From Candidatus Shapirobacteria bacterium (GTDB lineage: Bacteria; Patescibacteriota; Microgenomatia; UBA12405): a stretch of DNA of 64,000 bases. Both the position numbers and the translations under genes were made by a program. This document shows positions 58,004 to 64,000 of the stretch, piece after piece. Position 1 is the first letter of the stretch, and each line of letters starts with the position of its first letter. The notes under the pieces were generated by a model that had not been told where the DNA came from, made no database searches, and saw nothing but the letters and a program-made list of their open reading frames with translations. The stretch lies in assembly GCA_041665485.1 (NCBI GenBank), contig JBAYIT010000001.1, forward strand, positions 73,884 to 137,883. The letters run 5' to 3'.

Positions 58004-58248
58004 AGGTCAAACAACTCATCGACGGAATCAACCGAAGACAGTTTACCCTGTTGATATTGAGCGAGAGAGTCGCCCAAAAGCCGGTCGGCTTTAGTGCTTA
58101 AATGGGTAGATCTTTGGCTAACAACGCTGTCAACGGACTTGGAAATGAGGTATTTAACATAGCGGGTAATATCGTAACCAAAACGACTGGCAAGAAAAGA
58201 GAGGGAGGTGGCTTCGGCGGGAGTAAGAGTGATTTGTAGTTTAGTCAT
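58000..58248 (-). CDS. cognate antitoxin (RHH-like)
   Basis: ATGA overlap with the toxin; acidic C-terminus SVDELF. Confidence 0.7.
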   Translation of the reverse strand: MTKLQITLTPAEATSLSFLASRFGYDITRYVKYLISKSVDSVVSQRSTHLSTKADRLLGDSLAQYQQGKLSSVDSVDELFDL

Positions 58249-58312
58249 GAATGAATTATAAATGTTTACTCAATGACTTGTCAAGTTTTGAAGATGGTGT
58301 TAGGATTAATCT

Positions 58313-58870
58313 ATGAAACAAACACAACAGAATCTTCTTAAGGCCTTTGCCGGTGAGTCACAGGCAAGGAATAAATATACAACTTTTGCCAAGATTGCCA
58401 GAAAGGAGAATTTGGAATGGGTGGCGAGGATTTTTGAGGAGACAGCTGATAACGAAAGAGTTCATGCGGAGGAATTGTTTGAAATGATCAATGAGCCGGT
58501 AGTAGTGCCGGGAGACTTGGCGATTGCCCCGTTTAGCAAAACAAGCGATAACCTAAAAATGGCGGCGGAGGGGGAAAAATATGAATGGACGCAAATGTAT
58601 CCTGACTTTGAGGCAATTGCCAAGGAAGAAGGCGAGACCGAGCCAACAAGACTGTTTGGAGAATTAAAAGAAGTTGAGGAGAAACACGAGGAAAGATATA
58701 TTATAATTGCTCGGAAACTTGATAGTAATACCCTTTACAATTCGGAGGCGGAGTTGGAATGGAAATGTTTAAATTGTGGCTATATTCACAAGGGGACAAC
58801 TCCCCCACCGACTTGTCCAGTCTGTAAAAAACCGTTGACATGGTATGCGGGGTTGGGATTGATAAGGTAA
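58313..58870 (+). CDS. rubrerythrin
   Basis: AFAGESQA, E..H twice, WKC.NCG, CPVC. Confidence 0.92.
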   Translation: MKQTQQNLLKAFAGESQARNKYTTFAKIARKENLEWVARIFEETADNERVHAEELFEMINEPVVVPGDLAIAPFSKTSDNLKMAAEGEKYEWTQMYPDFEAIAKEEGETEPTRLFGELKEVEEKHEERYIIIARKLDSNTLYNSEAELEWKCLNCGYIHKGTTPPPTCPVCKKPLTWYAGLGLIR

Positions 58871-58873
58871 TCG

Positions 58874-58908
58874 TAGATCCTAGATGCTAGATCTTAGATC
58901 CTAGATAC
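58874..58908 (+). repeat. 7-nt tandem repeat over the HAD gene stop
   Basis: tagatcc tagatgc tagatct tagatcc tagatac. Confidence 0.72.
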
Positions 58909-59501
58909 TTTTTTAAGTCGGAAAGGAGGCGGGGGTAGTTTTGATAAAGAATAGTGTTGAGGCCGAGGGGTTGGGCGGCGAGAATATTTTCTAAACCGTC
59001 GTCAATATATAAAACTTCCTTGAAGTTATAACCAGTGTGTTTGGGGATCTGCTGATAAAACTCTGGTTCGGGTTTACGAACACCAACTTGCCAAGAAATA
59101 ATTGAGCGGTGAAACAGTGAGGTGAGAGGTTGATTAATGTAGGGAAAAAGGAAGTTTTCAGCATTGGAAACCATAATTAGAGTAAATTTTGGTTTTAGTT
59201 GTTTTAGAAGTCTGATTAATCGGTGATTGAGATGTTTTTCAAACCGAGTTTGGCTAAGTGAATTTTTGAGGCAATTATCGATTTGCTGAGGGGTAATTTG
59301 AGGATTAATGGAGCGAGACCATTGGTAAATGTCGAGGTGATTGGTTTCAAAGTCACGATAAACCTCTTGATATTTTTGCCAATACGGGGCAAATTTGATA
59401 CCAAGCAAGGAAGCGTGGCGATGACGAAAATAGGTTAGGGGTTTTTTAAAATACCAAATGACATTGCCAACATCAAAGGCAAGACAACGGATCATGGCCA
59501 A
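58887..59501 (-). CDS. HAD-family phosphatase
   Basis: FDVGNV, SN, RKP, YIDD..EN. Confidence 0.88.
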   Translation of the reverse strand: MAMIRCLAFDVGNVIWYFKKPLTYFRHRHASLLGIKFAPYWQKYQEVYRDFETNHLDIYQWSRSINPQITPQQIDNCLKNSLSQTRFEKHLNHRLIRLLKQLKPKFTLIMVSNAENFLFPYINQPLTSLFHRSIISWQVGVRKPEPEFYQQIPKHTGYNFKEVLYIDDGLENILAAQPLGLNTILYQNYPRLLSDLKKYLGSKI

Positions 59502-59518
59502 TGATAGTGGAAATTATT

Positions 59519-60751
59519 TTAGAGGTCTACAGGGCGGGAACAAATGTAAGTGATTAGTTTAGGTTTAGAGGTCAATTTGGCAAGTAATTGCCGAATGCTT
59601 GATTCTCGGAACCGCTGAGATAGCTTTAGATATTCTTCGGGCTTAATCCACCGGCCGTCATTGAGGAGGTAGCCGGATAAGCTACTAGCAATTTTGTCGG
59701 GAGAATCGTAGACATTGTTGATTTGAAGGTTAAGATAATTGATGGCGCGGGAGAACTCGGCCTCCGGAATGGGGGTGGAGACAAATTTGGCAATTTCGGC
59801 ATTAATCAGATCGCGGATTTGGAGATACTTAGTGGGATCGGCGGAAAAAAATAAACCAAAGTAGCCGGCCAACGGATACATACCAGTAACGGTTTCGAGG
59901 CGATAAACCAAACCGTTGGCGGTGCGGAGGAGTTTGAATAAGCGAGAGCTTTGACTGTCACCAAGAAGGGTGCGAAGTAATGAGTATTCCATTTGTTGAA
60001 AAATAGTGAGTTTGGCATCACCATGGTTTGGCCAAAACCAATGGAAAACACTACTGTCACTGTGGGCTTCGGAAAAATAGAGGGTGGAGGGGTCGAAATG
60101 GGTAGGAGGAATGGTCTCTTGGACAGCTGATCCAAGATGATTGGACAAAATTTGGTCGATGTGTTTAAGTACTGTTTCGGTGGGTACATTGCCTGAAGCT
60201 CCAATAAAAATGTTTGGTTTAACAAAATAGTGGCGGTGGAGGTTTTGGAGGTCGGCGGAGGTTAAAGTTTTAACGTAGTCAGGTTGGCCCAGGCCATCGC
60301 GAATGTACGGGTGTTCGGGGCCGTAAAGTTTTTGGTCAATTTGCCGATGGTATTTAACGTAAGGGGAAGACCACTTGTCTTGATATTCTTGATCAATAAC
60401 TTTAATTTCGTTGGCTAAGTCCGGCGAATCAAGAAGGGGATGGAAAAGAAGTTCGTCGATTAGTTCGAGGACCTGGCTAAGAGATTGGTCTGGAGCCTTA
60501 AGGTGAATGTTGATTTCGGAGTTAGAGGTGCTAAGGCCGACGTTGATGCCATGGTCTTCAAGGTGCTGACGAAACAGCTCTGAAGATGGGTATTTAGCAG
60601 TACCAAAAGCAGAAATGGCGTGCTCCAAGAGATGAAAAGCCCCCCAAGAAGGACCGGGTTCATAGCGGGAGCCGGCTTTAACTCGAATACTAACGGCGAT
60701 AGTTTTAACTCCGGACAAAGGATAAACAACTAGGTGGCGATTGGCTGACAT
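59519..60751 (-). CDS. M16 family zinc peptidase
   Basis: GSRYE, HLLEH, E..VI.QE, SRLF..LR...GLVY. Confidence 0.88.
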   Translation of the reverse strand: MSANRHLVVYPLSGVKTIAVSIRVKAGSRYEPGPSWGAFHLLEHAISAFGTAKYPSSELFRQHLEDHGINVGLSTSNSEINIHLKAPDQSLSQVLELIDELLFHPLLDSPDLANEIKVIDQEYQDKWSSPYVKYHRQIDQKLYGPEHPYIRDGLGQPDYVKTLTSADLQNLHRHYFVKPNIFIGASGNVPTETVLKHIDQILSNHLGSAVQETIPPTHFDPSTLYFSEAHSDSSVFHWFWPNHGDAKLTIFQQMEYSLLRTLLGDSQSSRLFKLLRTANGLVYRLETVTGMYPLAGYFGLFFSADPTKYLQIRDLINAEIAKFVSTPIPEAEFSRAINYLNLQINNVYDSPDKIASSLSGYLLNDGRWIKPEEYLKLSQRFRESSIRQLLAKLTSKPKLITYICSRPVDL

Positions 60752-60759
60752 GACTTATT

Positions 60760-61617
60760 TTAACGCATTTTTTGGCAACTAGGGCAAAAGAAGGTGCCAC
60801 GGCCGCCAAGAGTAAAACGCTCGATCTTGGCATTACAAACCAAACAAGACTCCCCTGCTCGTTGGTAAACACGAAATTGAAATTGATTTTCCCCAGGAGA
60901 ACCGTCGGGACGAACATATTTATTGTCTTTGGCGGTGGAGCCGCCGGCGAGGATTGATTGGTTGATAACAAGTAGAACAGACTTATGGAGCGCTAGTGCT
61001 CTAGTTCGCTGGATTTGATTTGCTGGATTCTTTGGGTGGATTTTGGCTAAAAAGAGGGCGTCGTTGGCATAAATGTTGCCTATACCAGCAAAGACTGATT
61101 GGTCAAGAAGAACTGATTTGATTGGTGCCCTAGTTCGCTGGAGCGCTAGGTAAAAATAGTTAAAAATGAACTTAGGATCGAGGACGTCAATGCCAAGATG
61201 GTGTTGGAATTGTGTGAGCGAATCCTTGGTAAAAATTTTTATCCAACCAAATTTGCGCTGATCGTTAAAGAAAAGAATGGATTTGTCGGAAAAATGAAAA
61301 ATGACGCGAGTAGATTTATTAGGGAGGTTTTGGGAAAGAGAATCTTTAGTTGGATGGCCTAAAACGGTACGCGACTGGCTTTGATAAATAAGTTGGCCGG
61401 TCATTTTGAGGTGGAATAATAGAATTAAATTATTGGAAAGATGGACGGATAATTGCTTACCATGGCGAGTGAATTTAGTAATTTTTTGGCCTTCGACGAA
61501 CTTAGGGTCGCCATCAAAAGATTTGGGGGTGAGAATGTCAAGAGAAATAATTTTTTGATTGAGAACAGCGACTTCTAAAAAGCGTTTGACGGTTTCGACT
61601 TCGGGTAACTCGGGCAT
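60760..61617 (-). CDS. mutM: formamidopyrimidine-DNA glycosylase
   Basis: MPELPEVET, HLKMTG, DQRKFG, GIGNIYA, C..C...C..CQ. Confidence 0.95.
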   Translation of the reverse strand: MPELPEVETVKRFLEVAVLNQKIISLDILTPKSFDGDPKFVEGQKITKFTRHGKQLSVHLSNNLILLFHLKMTGQLIYQSQSRTVLGHPTKDSLSQNLPNKSTRVIFHFSDKSILFFNDQRKFGWIKIFTKDSLTQFQHHLGIDVLDPKFIFNYFYLALQRTRAPIKSVLLDQSVFAGIGNIYANDALFLAKIHPKNPANQIQRTRALALHKSVLLVINQSILAGGSTAKDNKYVRPDGSPGENQFQFRVYQRAGESCLVCNAKIERFTLGGRGTFFCPSCQKMR

Positions 61618-61685
61618 AAATTAGTATAAAGTTATAAAATAAAAAGTTGAAAGCAAAGGTAGATTATAGACTGTATTGCGAAGTT

Positions 61686-62606
61686 TTATGTTAAATCGTC
61701 GAGGGAGAGGACGGAAATGAATTTGTTGCGAGCTAGATGACCCAGAGCGACAGACATATCGTCGAGACCGTAGACAATATCAGTAAAAGAGTTAAGAAAG
61801 GCTTGAGTTTGGGTGACATAACCAATAATAAGGATTAGGTCGGAAACATGGATGGTTCCGGAAAATACCTGAGATACTTGAAAAAATAGAAAAATGAAAT
61901 AAAAGACGACGGCGGTGTTTTGAAGAAAAAACCACTCAATAAAGGTCCAATTAGTAAGGCGATGAAAATGGCGGGTGTAGGTGGACTGTTCGAGATCGAT
62001 GTCGTTGCTTTCTTGAAGTTTGGCATAATAGTCTTCGGTCTTGGTGTTTTGATAATCGCGAAGTTCTTTATAACGCTGACTAGTGTAGTAATTAACAAAA
62101 GAGTAAATAGTAATATAGCTAATAATTAGGATAAAAGAACGAAAGTCAACAAAAAAAAGAGCAACAGGAATAAAGAGGACGGAAACAATACTGTCAACTC
62201 CGGGTTGTTTGAAAGAAGTGAGAGCTTTGATAGTGGCATCGGCAAAATTACGAATAGCCTGAATGCTGGCGTGGCGATCTTCTTTGGTTTCGGGCTTAAA
62301 GTCAACTAAAAAGAAATTATGGATATCAAAAGAGAGATTGCTGATGAGGTAGTCGATCTGGGTGGTGGAGCGAAGACGGAGAAAATTGTCGAGAAGACGA
62401 ACTGCCAGTATAGAGACCAAATAGACGAACAAGGAATGAAAATCGGTTTTGTTTTCAATGAGCTTGATGAGATGGGAAAATTGGTAAATGGTTACCAGAG
62501 GTAAGGTGGCGGAAACGAAGCGAACGAAAAGCCAGAAAAATAACTCCCCTTTTTGCTTTGAGGTATTAAGGATGAAGATAACTGATTTAATGGTTTTGGA
62601 TGTCAA
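61686..62606 (-). CDS. stand-alone ABC exporter transmembrane-domain-like protein
   Basis: about 6 TM with ABC-TM spacing; no ATPase domain. Confidence 0.6.
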   Translation of the reverse strand: MTSKTIKSVIFILNTSKQKGELFFWLFVRFVSATLPLVTIYQFSHLIKLIENKTDFHSLFVYLVSILAVRLLDNFLRLRSTTQIDYLISNLSFDIHNFFLVDFKPETKEDRHASIQAIRNFADATIKALTSFKQPGVDSIVSVLFIPVALFFVDFRSFILIISYITIYSFVNYYTSQRYKELRDYQNTKTEDYYAKLQESNDIDLEQSTYTRHFHRLTNWTFIEWFFLQNTAVVFYFIFLFFQVSQVFSGTIHVSDLILIIGYVTQTQAFLNSFTDIVYGLDDMSVALGHLARNKFISVLSLDDLT

Positions 62607-62619
62607 TGATTTAGTATAT

Positions 62620-62674
62620 AAGAAACAAGGAACTTGGTACTAGGAGCTAGGGACAAGAAGTAAGAAATAAGATA
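62620..62674 (+). repeat. degenerate 7-nt tandem repeat (intergenic)
   Basis: aagaaac aaggaac ttggtac taggagc tagggac aagaagt aagaaat. Confidence 0.65.
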
Positions 62675-62685
62675 AAATACAGCCT

Positions 62686-63696
62686 ATGCAGGATAATGTT
62701 TACGATACGATCATTGTCGGATCAGGACCGGCGGGATTAACGGCGGCGATATATAATGTCCGATCGGCACTGAAAACAATTGTGGTTGCCGGAAACCAGC
62801 CAGGGGGACAATTGACACTAACAACAACGGTGGATAATTTTCCAGGATTTCCAGAAGGGGTTGGCGGGGTTAAGTTGATGATGGATACCCAGCAACAGGT
62901 GAGGAATTTAGGAGTGACTATTCGTAACAACTCTGTTACGAAAATAACCAATAACCAAAAAACAATTTCCAAACAAGTTCCAATAACCAATTTTCCAAGT
63001 TCCAAACTATTTGAAGTTGAATTGGATAATGGGGAAAAATTGCAGGCAAGGGCGGTGATTGTGGCAACGGGAGCGAGGGCAAAGTGGCTCCAGATTCCAA
63101 AAGAAAGAGAGTTAGTTGGGAAAGGAGTATCGGGATGCGCTACTTGTGATGGGATGTTTTTTAGGGACAAAACGGTAGTGGTGGTGGGCGGTGGAGAAAC
63201 AGCGGTAGAGGACGCGGAGTTTTTAGCTAGAATGGCAAAAAAAGTTTATATAATTCACCGAAGAGATGAATTAAGAACCAGCGCCTCGGCACAAAAAAGA
63301 GTGTTTGCAAATCCAAAAATTGAAATGGTGTGGAATAGTGAAGTGGTGGAAATCAATTGTCAGTTATCAGTTACGAGTTACGAGTTAGAAAAGTTACAAA
63401 ATATAAAAATAAAGAACAACAAAACTGGGGAAGAAAAGATAATGGAAATTGAGGGATTGTTTGTGGCGATTGGGAGGCAACCGGAGACGGAGTTTGTTAA
63501 GGATTTAGTGGAATTAAGAGATGAGGGTTATGTAGTGACTGGGAAAAATCCAGAATATCCGATGATGACAACACTGGAAGGAGTTTTTGCCGCCGGTGAC
63601 TGCATGGATTCTATATACAGACAGGCGATTGTGGCGGCAGGAGCGGGGGCAAGGGCGGCACTGGATGCGGAGAGATGGCTGAAGAATGGAAGTTAG
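62686..63696 (+). CDS. trxB: thioredoxin-disulfide reductase
   Basis: GSGPAG, GVSGCATCDG, GGG.TAVE, HRR, FAAGD, YRQA. Confidence 0.95.
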   Translation: MQDNVYDTIIVGSGPAGLTAAIYNVRSALKTIVVAGNQPGGQLTLTTTVDNFPGFPEGVGGVKLMMDTQQQVRNLGVTIRNNSVTKITNNQKTISKQVPITNFPSSKLFEVELDNGEKLQARAVIVATGARAKWLQIPKERELVGKGVSGCATCDGMFFRDKTVVVVGGGETAVEDAEFLARMAKKVYIIHRRDELRTSASAQKRVFANPKIEMVWNSEVVEINCQLSVTSYELEKLQNIKIKNNKTGEEKIMEIEGLFVAIGRQPETEFVKDLVELRDEGYVVTGKNPEYPMMTTLEGVFAAGDCMDSIYRQAIVAAGAGARAALDAERWLKNGS

Positions 63697-63734
63697 GTAT
63701 GTGGTACGTGGAACGAGGAACTAGAAGTAGGTGT

Positions 63735-64000
63735 TTAGACAAGGGTGATTTGGAGTTTTTTGCCGAGGGCGGTGGCGACCTTGGTTAGAAGGGCTAGTGA
63801 GGGGTTGAAGGACATGGCTTCGAGGCGGGAAACGACCGCTTGAGTGGTGTTAGCTTTTTTGGCCAGTTGGCTTTGAGAGAGTTTTTGGGCGAGGCGAGTT
63901 TCAATAAGCTGACAAGTAAGACAATATTCAGGCTCCCCTTCTTCCCAAATATGTTTGAATTCGGGATTTTTGAGGGATTCTTTAAGGTGTTGGCGGAAAG
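63735..64000 (-). CDS. XRE/HigA-like HTH protein, partial (start beyond window)
   Basis: own translation FRQHLKESLKNPEF...LSQSQLAKKANTTQAVVSRLE...NPSL..L.KVA.ALG. Confidence 0.82.
   Translation of the reverse strand, partial: FRQHLKESLKNPEFKHIWEEGEPEYCLTCQLIETRLAQKLSQSQLAKKANTTQAVVSRLEAMSFNPSLALLTKVATALGKKLQITLV

Overview
Bacterial chromosomal DNA in code 11, most consistent with a Patescibacteria/CPR (Microgenomates-like) genome. This taxonomy is inferred from gene content, compactness, near-absence of Shine-Dalgarno motifs and tRNA-Arg(GCG). About 1-14.3 kb is an accessory island. It holds a YjzC/MBL-hydrolase/membrane trio, two KsgA/Erm-like methyltransferases, an 8-gene operon (queE, queC, divergent SHMT-like PLP enzyme, 2-PG-kinase-like, GT8, Gfo/Idh/MocA, DegT, SAM-MTase) behind a structured tandem-motif 5' leader, and a decayed primase-helicase. 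From about 14.6 kb to the end is purine-skewed core-like DNA with four tRNAs, clpB (CIRCE), purF, four MFS paralogs, GT-C glycosyltransferases, a two-component pair, ABC-F, csoR-trxA, malic enzyme, pepF, dinD, TA modules, rubrerythrin, mutM and trxB. Main leads: (1) a candidate glycosylated/methylated 7-deazapurine pathway with a candidate new cis-regulatory RNA; (2) a CopY/BlaI regulon defined by three operator palindromes that includes an unannotated 27-aa metallothionein-like peptide; (3) a small palindromic element found in or at three tRNA loci; (4) 7-nt-period repeat insertions inside genes. All calls come from motif recognition by eye; no searches were run.
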